64,000 nucleotides of DNA, taken from positions 44 through 64,043 of the forward strand of contig NZHD01000094.1 in NCBI GenBank assembly GCA_002691205.1. The letters are read 5' to 3'. Below the pieces are notes generated by a model that worked only from the letters and a program-made list of their open reading frames with translations, did no database searches and was not told where the DNA came from. Below are positions 1 to 9,711 of the stretch, piece after piece. The first letter of the stretch is position 1. Every line of letters starts with the position of its first letter. Origin of the DNA: Deltaproteobacteria bacterium. Lineage in GTDB: Bacteria; Myxococcota_A; UBA9160; UBA4427. The position numbers and the translations under genes are program-made.

Positions 1-47
1 AAATCGCTCAGCCCGGCTCTTGGTGGACGGGGGCCCAGCGAGTCGAA

Positions 48-1013
48 ATGGCGCGCTTGTGCAGACAGGCACGAAGTCAAAGAAACGACCCTCCTTGGTT
101 AAGGGCTCAGTCTTCGGAGGCCGGTTCGGTTTTGCCGGATCAAGTAGTAGAAATCGTTCGAAGAGTCTCGGTCGATATGCATTCTATTGATCAGGTTTGG
201 GCCAAAGAATGCATCGAGAACTTGGGCGATGCGGCCTATGTTGAGATTTGTGCCGTTACGGTCTGCATTACGGCTGTTGATTCTTTTGCGGAAGCACTTG
301 GCGTTCCGATGGAAGAACTCCCGAGTCCATTACCCGGAGAACCTAACCTTTTTCGCCCTGAAGGGACCTCTGACGTGGGCGCCTTCGTGCCCCTGCTCGA
401 CCCTTTTGCAGGGCCTAATGTCTCTCGTGCGCTAAGCCTGAGGCCCGACGACAATATGATGTTTCATGCTTTGGTGGGCTCCATGTATGCGCTGAGTGAT
501 TTTCAGGACTTGGTCTGGGAAGATCGTCCGTTGAGTCGCCCTCAAGTCGAACTGGTCGCGGCACGCGTTTCCTCCATCAACGAATGTTTTTACTGAACCA
601 CCGCCCACGTGGCTCTGCTCCGTGTGAGCAGTCATGCAATTGGAGACGAGGCAGACTTGACCGGAGCGGTGGGAGAGGGAGATGGAGGCGTTCCGCAGGG
701 CGCCGAGTTGATTCGTTTTGCAGAATGCGCCACGCGGGGAAACGAGGATTTATCTGAAGCGCGGAAGGCTCTGCAAGCAGCGGTGGGGCTCGAGGCCTTT
801 GTTCTCGCCGCGTGCACTGTTGGGATTTTTAATGGGCTAGTGCGCACAGCCGACAGCATCGGAATACCGGTGGATCGCGGCATGGTGGGACGAACTGCAG
901 ATTTCAGACAGGACCTCGGCCTCAACCATTTTTCAGGTTCAAGAAACACCGAATTATCCAACGAAGCTACAGATACGGGACCGACGGCGATTCCAGACCT
1001 TTTTGGAAATTGA
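48..1013 (+). CDS. AhpD/carboxymuconolactone-decarboxylase (CMD) family protein, predicted selenoprotein (CxxU). The in-frame TGA at 594-596 is read as selenocysteine. Possibly 5'-partial.
   Basis: Track ORFs 48..596 and 609..1013 share one frame and are separated only by TGA plus 4 sense codons. The TGA occupies the second Cys position of the CMD signature E-x11-C-x2-C-x3-H (E-LVAARVSSINE-C-FY-[TGA]-TTA-H). CMD-like helical sequence continues downstream. The frame is also open from nt 3 to 47, so the start may lie upstream of the window. Confidence 0.7.
608..636 (+). promoter_or_regulatory. Candidate bacterial SECIS-like hairpin downstream of the UGA at 594
   Basis: Upper stem CTGCTC (615-620) pairs with GAGCAG (626-631) around a 5-nt loop CGUGU. 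Lower stem 608-611 pairs with 633-636 (one G-U pair) across a small internal loop. The hairpin base starts 11 nt after the UGA. Confidence 0.5.
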
Positions 1014-1039
1014 CCTTAGATTGGGACCAGGGCGTCCGC

Positions 1040-1783
1040 TTAATCGCGCAACTCCGTATTAAATAGATTCATGGAGTGGCTCCAGGCATCTCTGGCTGCG
1101 GCTTCGTTAAAGCTCTCTCGTTGATCGCAATTGAATCCGTGGTCAGCATCTCCGTAAACGTGGATGCTGTGGGATGTGTGGGCGCCTTCCAGTGCATCCC
1201 GAATCACTTCGACTTGATCTTGAGGGATCATGGAATCTTGCCCGCCGAAATAGCAATGGATCTGACCTTTGATCTTGGCGGTTCGAGAAACGGTCGATGG
1301 TCCTCCCCCAGGCCCCTGATCCGCAGCGATGCCTCCGCCATAGTAGGCGGCTGCGGCCTTGAGTCCGATCTCACAGGCAGCCAGATATGTCATGTGGCCA
1401 CCGATGCAGAACCCGATTGCGCCGATGCCTGTTCCGTTGACGTCGCCTCGGGCCTGAAGGAAATCCCGAGCGGTTTTGGCATCAGAAATCATTTGATCCG
1501 CTTGCAATTGTCCCAAGTGCCCCATGCCTTCGGCCATCCCGGCTTCGTCATAGTTCAATTCGATGCCCGGCCCTGTGCGGTGAAAGTAGTCGGGCGCTAA
1601 GGCGACGAAGCCTTCTGCGGCGATGCGTTCCGTGACGTCACGGATATGAGCATTAATGCCAAAGATCTCCATGAAGACGAGAACGCCGGGAAGGGCTTCG
1701 TCCCCCTCTGGTCGAGCCAGATAGCCTTTCATGGTGCCCCCTTGAGGCAGGGGGATATCGACATTTTGTGTGACAACGGACAT
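1040..1783 (-). CDS. Dienelactone hydrolase (carboxymethylenebutenolidase) family alpha/beta hydrolase
   Basis: 247-aa ORF. The N-terminal GVLVFMEIFGINAHIRDVTERIAAEGFVALAPDYF and the overall length are typical of the DLH family. AAGGAAG SD lies 5 nt upstream of the ATG. Confidence 0.85.
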   Translation of the reverse strand: MSVVTQNVDIPLPQGGTMKGYLARPEGDEALPGVLVFMEIFGINAHIRDVTERIAAEGFVALAPDYFHRTGPGIELNYDEAGMAEGMGHLGQLQADQMISDAKTARDFLQARGDVNGTGIGAIGFCIGGHMTYLAACEIGLKAAAAYYGGGIAADQGPGGGPSTVSRTAKIKGQIHCYFGGQDSMIPQDQVEVIRDALEGAHTSHSIHVYGDADHGFNCDQRESFNEAAARDAWSHSMNLFNTELRD

Positions 1784-1875
1784 GGAGTCTTCCTTTTTTC
1801 AAAGATAATGGTAGATCGCAAATTTGAAGTTTGACTGCGTTCCAAGCGATCTAAGAGAGAATGAATGAAAGTACT

Positions 1876-2898
1876 TTAAGTGGTTTGCGCCGCCGGGAAA
1901 TGAATATATTCGTCAACAATGAGTTCTGCGAGATTTCGGTTGTCAGGCCGTTGTTTTTCCAATCGGCCTCGTTTTTCAAGGTCGCCACAGAGGGTATCCA
2001 GTACCGCTTCTAGGCCAAGGTCCTCTTTATGGGTTCGCCAACGTTTTCGCTCTTCTTCATCGTTGAAGCAATATGCTTTCCACGAGATCGAGAAGCGCAT
2101 CTCACTCCAGGAGTATCGCGCAATCTCTTCCTTTCCGGACCGGACCGCCCATTGCCCTTCGCCGAGGGGGTGGACCCGCATGCCTGGCCGAAAAGGAGGC
2201 ATAGAAGAAAGTTGTTCCTGGACGCGGTCGACCCCATGAAAGACGCTGTCTGTATCGGTGATCACCGCGGTATTGAAGCGCACCGAATGTGCCCGAGCGG
2301 GCGCATCGGCTCCGTCTGGATAAAAAGCGAATTCACCGCCTTCGGTATCTTGATACCAAGACACTGCGGTGGCGATGGGCATTCTAAATTCGTCAAATAG
2401 GCCCGAATGGTGCATGGCGACAAGAAGCCATTGCGGACATGTCTTTCGACTCATTCCTCGGAACTCGGGGACATCCGTGTGAACAGCCAGTTCTTGTCCA
2501 GGTAACAAGAGATTGGCGTAGACGATGGCCGGTTCGATGACCGGTCGGCCGAAGATTTTCCGGGCCGCATCAATCAAGGCTTCGCTTTTATAGAGAGCCT
2601 CGATGCCAGGCGCCGCAATCTCTTCTCCGTATGCGTAAGTCTCTCTGAAGTAGTTTGTTCGTGCGGCGAGAGTCTTTACGTCATCCTGACTACGACCGAA
2701 GCGCCCTCCGGTTCGGACGAAATTGAAAGCAGCATCAAAGCGCTGAGGAAGCCCCTCTCCGATGCCTTCGTTCAAAGCCTCCTCTGAGTAGAGACCATAG
2801 CTGCCAAATTCTTCACAGAGTTGAACGAGTTGTTGGGCTGCATCGTTCGGAAGAAAGGGGTCGAGTTCCGTATAGGTATTGTAGAAGTGAGATTGCAT
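1876..2898 (-). CDS. Uncharacterised protein, possibly a cupin/2OG-Fe(II)-oxygenase-like fold (HxD...H)
   Basis: Long ORF with coherent coding. Motifs AVHTDVPEF and SVFHGVD resemble a His-x-Asp...His facial triad. The ATG at 2898 is preferred over the TTG at 2925. No family was recognised with certainty. Confidence 0.55.
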   Translation of the reverse strand: MQSHFYNTYTELDPFLPNDAAQQLVQLCEEFGSYGLYSEEALNEGIGEGLPQRFDAAFNFVRTGGRFGRSQDDVKTLAARTNYFRETYAYGEEIAAPGIEALYKSEALIDAARKIFGRPVIEPAIVYANLLLPGQELAVHTDVPEFRGMSRKTCPQWLLVAMHHSGLFDEFRMPIATAVSWYQDTEGGEFAFYPDGADAPARAHSVRFNTAVITDTDSVFHGVDRVQEQLSSMPPFRPGMRVHPLGEGQWAVRSGKEEIARYSWSEMRFSISWKAYCFNDEEERKRWRTHKEDLGLEAVLDTLCGDLEKRGRLEKQRPDNRNLAELIVDEYIHFPAAQTT

Positions 2899-3008
2899 GG
2901 CTAAATGGGAGTTTCCCCGGGGCAAGTTTGAGGTTTTAGAGACCTTCGTATGATAGCGGAGAGTTTTATTTCCTGAAGGCAGACGCAGAAAGCGCTATCC
3001 ATCATTTT

Positions 3009-4199
3009 ATGGCTCATTTAGACGAGACCCAAGGCTCCTGTTCGGGACTTCACATCTTAGATTTTACCACGGTGGTCTCGGGGCCTACTTGCACCCAAGG
3101 TCTAGGGGATCTAGGCGCAGATGTGATCAAGGTGGAGCCCCTTTCCGGCGACATGTCGAGGACGACCAGTGGGCCCTTTTATTCCGGTTTATCCGGTTTC
3201 TTTACGCAGTTTAATCGAAACAAGCGGAGCCTCGCCTTAGATCTAAAGAGTCCTTCGGGGCGGGAGGTTGTGAAGCGCTTAGTGACTCAGTGTGATGTTC
3301 TCGTGGAAAACTTCCGACCTGATGTCATGGACCGATTGGGCATTGGTTGGGATGTTCTTCGTGGCCTCCATCCGGGCTTAATTTATGTTTCGATAAGTGG
3401 TTTTGGACCGGACGGTCCATATTCCCCTCTGCCGGCCTATGACCATGTGGTTCAGGGTCTCTCGGGCATGATGCCGGTGCAAGGAGCAGAGGGCTCGCCC
3501 CAGATGTTTCGCAGTGTACTGGCGGATAAAGCGGCCGGCTTGACGGCGCTTTCGGCGATCTTGGCGGCTTTATTGGCTCGAGAGCGTAAAGGGGCTGAAG
3601 GTCAACGGATCGACGTCCCCATGCTTGATGCCTATGCCGCGTTCATCTTAGGCGAGAGGATGGGGCCAGTCTCATTTGTGGGCCAGGAAGCCTCACCGAC
3701 TTCGTTTGATCCGTTTCGTGTTTATCCCACGAGAGACGGGCATGTGGTTGGGATGGTGGTTCAGGACGATCAGTATCGTGGTGTTTGTCAGGTGCTAGGA
3801 CGTGAAGACCTTTTGACGGATTCTCGATTTTCAGAATTCACGCAGCGTTTTAGGCACTATGACGAATTGGCTGAATTGTTGATGGAGTTGTTTCGACCCT
3901 GGTCGACTGAAGAACTCGTGAAGAGCTTGCGTCTCGTTGGAGCCCCTTTTGCCCCGGTTAATGACTTCGAGTCCTTTTTGAAGGATGAGCAAGTGACGCA
4001 CAATCATGTCGTTCAAAAAATTGAAGACCCTGAGGTTTCTGTTCGAGTTCTACGCTCTCCAGCGCGTTTTTCGGGTACGCCTTCGCCTCCCTTTGTTCGA
4101 CCTCCTAGGTTGGGGGAGCAGACCGATGACATTCTTCGATTTGGAGGCTATTCACCGGACGAAATTCTGAGTCTGCGCACAGAGGGTGTCGTGGCTTGA
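3009..4199 (+). CDS. CoA-transferase family III (CaiB/BaiF-type)
   Basis: The N-terminal GLHILDFTTVVSGPTCTQGLGDLGADVIKVEP is the hallmark of family III CoA transferases. Length is 396 aa. Confidence 0.9.
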   Translation: MAHLDETQGSCSGLHILDFTTVVSGPTCTQGLGDLGADVIKVEPLSGDMSRTTSGPFYSGLSGFFTQFNRNKRSLALDLKSPSGREVVKRLVTQCDVLVENFRPDVMDRLGIGWDVLRGLHPGLIYVSISGFGPDGPYSPLPAYDHVVQGLSGMMPVQGAEGSPQMFRSVLADKAAGLTALSAILAALLARERKGAEGQRIDVPMLDAYAAFILGERMGPVSFVGQEASPTSFDPFRVYPTRDGHVVGMVVQDDQYRGVCQVLGREDLLTDSRFSEFTQRFRHYDELAELLMELFRPWSTEELVKSLRLVGAPFAPVNDFESFLKDEQVTHNHVVQKIEDPEVSVRVLRSPARFSGTPSPPFVRPPRLGEQTDDILRFGGYSPDEILSLRTEGVVA

Positions 4200-4253
4200 A
4201 GTTCTTGAGAAAAGTCGGCGTCTGTAGGCCGATGGAGCTGAGAGGAATAGAGT

Positions 4254-5258
4254 ATGAGGGCATGGCGAGTTCATCAACTCGGAGATCCACAAGATGCACT
4301 TCGGTTAGACCAGGATGCGCCCATCCCCAAGCCAGCGGCTGATCAAGTCCTTCTTCGTGTTGGATGCTCGGCACTTAATTTCGCCGATGGACTTCTTTGT
4401 CGGGGGGAGTATCAGGTCAAGCCTGACTTGCCTTTCTCACCCGGGCTGGAGGTTTCAGGGGAGGTCGTCTCGGGGGGAGAAAGCGTGGGTATCAACGCAG
4501 GTCGTCGCATGATGGGAACGACCTTCCTTCCTGCAGGCGGGCTCGCCGAGTACTGTCTCGTAAATCATCGCAATTTATATCCCGTTCCCGACGACATGTC
4601 TGATGAAGATGCATCGGCTCTTTTGATCCCTTATCAGACAGCACATATCGCTCTTCATCGTCGGGGGAATTTACAGCCCGGTGAAACATTGCTGGTTCAC
4701 GCGGGGGCGGGAGGTGTTGGCTCTGCGGCTATTCAATTGGGGAAGGCGGCTGGGGCGCGGGTCATCGCTACGGCGGGCGGCGCTTCCAAGGTAGAGATTT
4801 GCCGAGAAATCGGCGCCGACGTTGTGATCGACTATCGGACTGAAGATTTTGTGGAGCGGGTCCATGCTGAGACAGATGGCCTCGGCGCGGATGTCATCTA
4901 TGACCCCGTCGGGGGCGATATTTTTGACCGATCTCGTAAGGCGATCGCCTGGGAGGGGCGCTTATTGGTGATTGGGTTCGCGGGCGGCCGAATCGCTGAT
5001 GCTCCCACCAATCATCCTTTTATTCGCAATTATTCGATTGTGGGTGTCTATATCGGGGAATACAGCCATCGCGATCATGACTTCTTATTGGCGACTCACG
5101 CCGACTTGATGAGGCTTTATTCCACAGGGAAAATTAGTCCACTGGTTCATACGTTGGCACCTATGGAAGAGGCGGGCGAGGCGATTGGGCGCCTGCTGAG
5201 TCGGAGGACCACCGGGAAAGTCGTCGTTCATGTCGCGGGTGAGAGAGAGAAAGTGTAG
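4254..5258 (+). CDS. NADPH:quinone oxidoreductase / zinc-type alcohol dehydrogenase-like (MDR superfamily)
   Basis: Rossmann motif LVHAGAGGVGSAAIQLGKAAGARVIATAG, a GroES-like N-terminal region, 334 aa. Confidence 0.9.
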   Translation: MRAWRVHQLGDPQDALRLDQDAPIPKPAADQVLLRVGCSALNFADGLLCRGEYQVKPDLPFSPGLEVSGEVVSGGESVGINAGRRMMGTTFLPAGGLAEYCLVNHRNLYPVPDDMSDEDASALLIPYQTAHIALHRRGNLQPGETLLVHAGAGGVGSAAIQLGKAAGARVIATAGGASKVEICREIGADVVIDYRTEDFVERVHAETDGLGADVIYDPVGGDIFDRSRKAIAWEGRLLVIGFAGGRIADAPTNHPFIRNYSIVGVYIGEYSHRDHDFLLATHADLMRLYSTGKISPLVHTLAPMEEAGEAIGRLLSRRTTGKVVVHVAGEREKV

Positions 5259-5419
5259 ACGCGATATTCCTCTGGGAATTGGATCAATTCGTCTTTGAAG
5301 CGGTTTGAATAGAAGTGATCCGTTGCTCTGTTCGGTCTAAGCAGATTTCATGGGGATCCGTGTCAGGGGTGATACCTTTAGGAGGCGTTTAGTCACGTTA
5401 CGGCTGAAGGAAGAAATTT

Positions 5420-5809
5420 ATGTTGATTCAGGCGGCTCATCATTACTCGATTGATGTTTCCGATATTGAGGTCGCTCGGAGTTTCTATGGAGGTCTTTTA
5501 GGCTTGGCCGAGATTGACCGCCCAGATTTTGGTATTCCGGGGGTCTGGTATCAGGCGGGTCCGATTCAGCTGCATTTGCTTGTGGTGCCTGAGGGTGTAA
5601 ATGTCGGAACGCTGGCCCCTTCACTAACGCCATTGGCGCCGCACATTGCTTTTGAGATTGAGAGCTACGAGCAGATGGAAAAAACGCTCAGCGAGGCCGG
5701 TTTTGAATTTAAGACTACGGGGCCCGTTTCAGGTCAAATTTTTGTTCAGGATCCGGACGGAAATACCATCGAGTTTATAGACCCTTCTCCCACGCTGGGT
5801 CGCTCCTGA
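5420..5809 (+). CDS. VOC (glyoxalase/bleomycin-resistance/dioxygenase) family protein
   Basis: 129 aa. HHYSIDVSDIEVARSFYGGLLGL is typical of the VOC fold. GAAGGAAG SD upstream. Confidence 0.85.
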   Translation: MLIQAAHHYSIDVSDIEVARSFYGGLLGLAEIDRPDFGIPGVWYQAGPIQLHLLVVPEGVNVGTLAPSLTPLAPHIAFEIESYEQMEKTLSEAGFEFKTTGPVSGQIFVQDPDGNTIEFIDPSPTLGRS

Positions 5810-5835
5810 GAGGCGGAAAATTTTTGCTTGACCGA

Positions 5836-6798
5836 ATGAACGGGGAATCAAAGATGATGCCTTCGACCAGCGTGCAGAGGTTCGTCAGTCGTTTCGCTTT
5901 TGTGGGCGTGTTGGGGGCGTCCTTGACCTCGGCGATCATGTGGATGCGCGCGGGTGTGGATCCTCCCTTAGCCCTAGTGATTTCACAGGTGCCAGCATTT
6001 TTAACACTGATGCTCTTGGAGAGATGGGTCCCCTACCATCAACCTTGGAACCAAAGTAACGGAGATCTTTCGGTTGATATTCGACATGGCTTGACCATTA
6101 CCATCACGGCTGGACTGGCTGATCCTCTTTTCAGAGCGATAGGATTGGCGGTGGCTTTCGGCCTATTGGGTGGACATAGTCTTTCTCTTTGGCCTTCAGA
6201 GTGGCCGGTCCTAGGCCAGCTGGCTTTGGCCCTCGTGCTGGGTGAACTCGGTCAGTACTGGGTGCATCGGATGCAGCATGAAGTGGATTTCATGTGGCGC
6301 TTTCATGCGCTTCACCACAGTGCACCGCGTTTGTACTGGTTAAATGCAGCGCGTTTTCATCCCGTCGATATTTTTTTAAACAATCTGGTCGCCATTGTTC
6401 CGCTGGCCCTGCTGGGCGCCGGAGAGGAAGTGCTGGTTCTATGGACCCTGTTCAGTGCAGTGCACGGGATTTTTCAACATAGTAATATCCCCATGCGGAT
6501 CGGTCCCCTCAACTGGATATTCAGCATGGCTGAACTCCACCGATGGCATCATTCGAGACTCGTCGACGAGTCGAATCGAAACTACGGACAAAACTTGATT
6601 GTCTGGGACATCGTCTTCGGAACTCGATTCCTCCCTGCCCACCGCGAACCGCCTCGGGACATTGGTCTTCATGGTCTTTCCGCTTACCCAATGAGTTGGT
6701 GGGCTCAGCAGATGGCGCCGTTCCATTGGCGCCGTATCTGTGCGGCCAGCGCTCATCCTGAGGCTCCCCCCGAAGGGCATAATTCGCCCCTTAAATAA
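5836..6798 (+). CDS. Fatty acid hydroxylase / sterol desaturase family membrane di-iron enzyme
   Basis: Histidine boxes HRMQHE, HALHHS and HRWHHS with multiple TM segments. The ATG at 5836 is preferred over the TTG at 5824. Confidence 0.85.
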   Translation: MNGESKMMPSTSVQRFVSRFAFVGVLGASLTSAIMWMRAGVDPPLALVISQVPAFLTLMLLERWVPYHQPWNQSNGDLSVDIRHGLTITITAGLADPLFRAIGLAVAFGLLGGHSLSLWPSEWPVLGQLALALVLGELGQYWVHRMQHEVDFMWRFHALHHSAPRLYWLNAARFHPVDIFLNNLVAIVPLALLGAGEEVLVLWTLFSAVHGIFQHSNIPMRIGPLNWIFSMAELHRWHHSRLVDESNRNYGQNLIVWDIVFGTRFLPAHREPPRDIGLHGLSAYPMSWWAQQMAPFHWRRICAASAHPEAPPEGHNSPLK

Positions 6799-6853
6799 GT
6801 TCACTTGTATGTAAACTTGCAGCCGTCTGTATGTTCATGGTAGACCTTCTTGG

Positions 6854-7480
6854 ATGAGAACGGAATCTCCATCGCTTATTCAACCCATTGGTCGACGTGA
6901 GCGCCGTAAGCTTGAGGTGCACATGCGCATCATTGATGTGAGCTTGGAGCTTCTGGATGCGCGAGGGGTCGAGGCGACCACAGTGCATGAGATCTGCGAG
7001 CGAGCGGACATCGCTCAGAAGACGTTTTTTAATCACTTTCCAAGCAAGCGGCATCTCTTTCGGGAAGTGGCACAGACCTCGCTTTCCCGACTCCTTCGTC
7101 AGATTGAGGATGCCCGTAAGCAACCGCTCTCGACAAGCGGTCGCATTCAATTCTTTTTTGAATCCATTGCCACCCATGCCGAGGAAGCGGGCCCCATGCA
7201 TCGAGAACTGTTGACTGAACTGGTTCATGTGGCCCATGAATCCGAGACGGGTCAAGCACAAACGCGTCAACTCCATGACGCGTTTGAGAGTTTAATTAGA
7301 GATGGGCTCGATGCGGGCGACGTCAGCACAATGCATGATCCGGAGACGTTGACGGAGCTATTAATGGGTTCTTTTTATGCGCTTACTTTCAATTGGGCGC
7401 ATCTAGATGGATATCCGGTTCGCACGCATGCCATGGCTCTGGCCCGTTTGCTGGCTGGATCAATTGAAAAGGAGAACTGA
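6854..7480 (+). CDS. TetR/AcrR family transcriptional regulator
   Basis: N-terminal HTH VEATTVHEICERADIAQKTFFNHFPSKRHL. Its TGA stop overlaps the ATG of the next gene (TGATG). Confidence 0.9.
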   Translation: MRTESPSLIQPIGRRERRKLEVHMRIIDVSLELLDARGVEATTVHEICERADIAQKTFFNHFPSKRHLFREVAQTSLSRLLRQIEDARKQPLSTSGRIQFFFESIATHAEEAGPMHRELLTELVHVAHESETGQAQTRQLHDAFESLIRDGLDAGDVSTMHDPETLTELLMGSFYALTFNWAHLDGYPVRTHAMALARLLAGSIEKEN

Positions 7481-8424
7481 TGGATCAAGATGCAGTTCCT
7501 GGGATTCCAAACGGATGGTTCGCGGTGGGGTGGAGTCGAGATTTGGCGATCGGTGAGGTTCGTCGAATTTATTACTTCGAGGAAGAACTGGTTCTTTTTC
7601 GTACCCGGACTGGGAAGTCCAGAGTGCTTTCAGCGTATTGTTCACATTTGGGAGCTCATCTGGCTGAAGGAGGACGCGTTGCGGGTGAGACTGTGCGGTG
7701 TCCTTTTCATGCATGGCAATATGATGGAGAGACTGGGAAATGCGTTGAGATCCCCTATTGCGATCGTATTCCAAAGAAGGCCAAGGTACGAGCATGGGAG
7801 ACGATGGAGCGGAACGGGATGATTTTCGTTTGGCACCATGGGGAGCAAAAGCCGCCGGACTGGGAAGTTCCCGAAATCCCTCAACTTTCCGATTCGGATT
7901 GGGCGGAGCCTCGGACCTTCGAAATCGAGGTGCCAATCCATATGCAGGATATGGCCGAGAACAATCTGGACCCGGTTCATTTCCAAGTGGTCCACTCAAT
8001 GCTTTCCGTACCTGATACTCATATCGACTTTGCTGAGAGCGGGCGCTTTATGCACGCAGTGAGCTACAGCGAGCAGGAAACGCCATACGGAACCTTTGAT
8101 ATGGAACTTCATCGAGACAGTTGGTGCTTGGGAATGTCGAGCGTTGAGAGCCGGGGGATTCCCACGGCAGGCCTCTACATGTTTTCTTCGACCACTCCCA
8201 TCGATAGACACACGACGGTCTCTCGGTGGGCAATAACGTCGACTAACAACATGGTGGATACTGCTGGCGAGGAATGGTTCACCGGCGTGACCTCGGGGGT
8301 TCGAGACGACATGCGGATTTGGGCCAATAAAATCCACCGACCCAATCCTGTCTTTTGTGAAGCCGACAAACTCCTTGTGGAGTTTCGCAAATGGGCAGCA
8401 CAGTTCTATTCACCCACGGTTTAA
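7480..8424 (+). CDS. Rieske [2Fe-2S] non-haem iron oxygenase, catalytic subunit (VanA/KshA-like class)
   Basis: Rieske motif CSHLGAH-x14-CPFHAW and mononuclear iron motif NNLDPVHFQVVHS (D-x2-H-x4-H). 314 aa. Confidence 0.9.
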   Translation: MDQDAVPGIPNGWFAVGWSRDLAIGEVRRIYYFEEELVLFRTRTGKSRVLSAYCSHLGAHLAEGGRVAGETVRCPFHAWQYDGETGKCVEIPYCDRIPKKAKVRAWETMERNGMIFVWHHGEQKPPDWEVPEIPQLSDSDWAEPRTFEIEVPIHMQDMAENNLDPVHFQVVHSMLSVPDTHIDFAESGRFMHAVSYSEQETPYGTFDMELHRDSWCLGMSSVESRGIPTAGLYMFSSTTPIDRHTTVSRWAITSTNNMVDTAGEEWFTGVTSGVRDDMRIWANKIHRPNPVFCEADKLLVEFRKWAAQFYSPTV

Positions 8425-8461
8425 ATCAGACCGTCAAGGCTCTAAACAAGGAGTACGTTTT

Positions 8462-9649
8462 ATGGATCGCTATCTCGTTATTTCTTCTGACTGCCATGCA
8501 GGGCTTCCGCCTGAGCAGTATCGAGACTATCTCGAACCCAAGTATCGCGATGCATTTGATGTGGCTTTGCCCATTCAAATTGAAGCGACCAAGGAAGCCG
8601 CTAAGAAATTTTTAGTGGCTGATATCAATGAGGATTGGCGAAAGGGAGCCGAGACAGGACTTTCTGGGGCTTGGGATCATGACGCTCGAGTTCGCGTTTT
8701 AGATGCGGACGGCATCGCAGGAGAGGTCATTTTTCCAGATGGGGTAACTGAAATGAATTCGCCGCCATTTGGTGCCGGAATCAGTCTGCCTACGGAAGGC
8801 ATCGTGCCAGAGCTCCAGTGGGCAGGCGCGAGGGCGCATAACCGTTGGTTGGCTGAGCTTTGCCAGATGGCTCCGGAGCGGCGAGCTGGACTGGCCATCG
8901 TCCCCGTGCTTTGGGATGTTGATGAAGCCATTTTGGAGGTGAAGTGGGCCAAGCAAAATGGTTTAAAAGGAGTCTTCATTCCTTGTATGTGGGGAAAACA
9001 AGATGGCTACCATCACCCGAAGTACGATCCTTTTTGGGCGATCTGTGAAGATTTGGGCATGGTCGTGAATTTTCACTCAGGGGCCGCTCCCATGGAAGAC
9101 TACGGAGACGGTCGCGGGATGGTGGGCATGTACATCAGCGAAGTCGCCTGGTGGCTAACGCGTCCTCTCACTCTCCTGATTTGGAGCGGCGTACTCGAGC
9201 GGTATCCGAGGTTAAAAGTTGCGCTTACAGAGGGGACATCCATATGGGTTCCCGAGTACCTAGCCTTGCTTGATTTTCGCTACGAGGACACCCCTTACAG
9301 TTCAAAGCTTGGAGATTATACGAGTCATCTTTCTATGAAGCCGAGTGAGTATTTCGCACGAAATGTTTTGGTGGGTGCGTCGTGTATGCCTCGTCGAGAA
9401 GCCGAGATGCGTCATGAAGTGGGTTTGAAACAGATGGCTTGGGGAAGTGACTACCCTCATCCGGAGGGAAGTTGGCCCGAGACAGAGTCCCAGATGACCA
9501 CCACCTTTCGTGGCCTACCTGAAGATGAAATTAAACTCATCCTCGGACAGAATGCGGCTGATTGGTATGGTTTTGATACCGAGAAATTGGCGCCTTTAGT
9601 TGCTCGGGTGGGTCCTCCGAAGAGCCGTTTTAGCGCACAAGCGCCCTAG
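8462..9649 (+). CDS. Amidohydrolase-2 (ACMSD/LigW-like metal-dependent hydrolase/decarboxylase) family protein
   Basis: Begins MDRYLVISSDCHAG, a metal-binding N-terminus typical of this TIM-barrel family. AAGGAG SD lies 7 nt upstream of the ATG at 8462. The longer track ORF from 8357 overlaps the Rieske gene. Confidence 0.8.
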   Translation: MDRYLVISSDCHAGLPPEQYRDYLEPKYRDAFDVALPIQIEATKEAAKKFLVADINEDWRKGAETGLSGAWDHDARVRVLDADGIAGEVIFPDGVTEMNSPPFGAGISLPTEGIVPELQWAGARAHNRWLAELCQMAPERRAGLAIVPVLWDVDEAILEVKWAKQNGLKGVFIPCMWGKQDGYHHPKYDPFWAICEDLGMVVNFHSGAAPMEDYGDGRGMVGMYISEVAWWLTRPLTLLIWSGVLERYPRLKVALTEGTSIWVPEYLALLDFRYEDTPYSSKLGDYTSHLSMKPSEYFARNVLVGASCMPRREAEMRHEVGLKQMAWGSDYPHPEGSWPETESQMTTTFRGLPEDEIKLILGQNAADWYGFDTEKLAPLVARVGPPKSRFSAQAP

Positions 9650-9711
9650 CTAAATCTTGCTGAGACTCGAGTTCGTGTCGTTTTGAACGCAGTTGAAGAG
9701 GAGGAGAAAAA

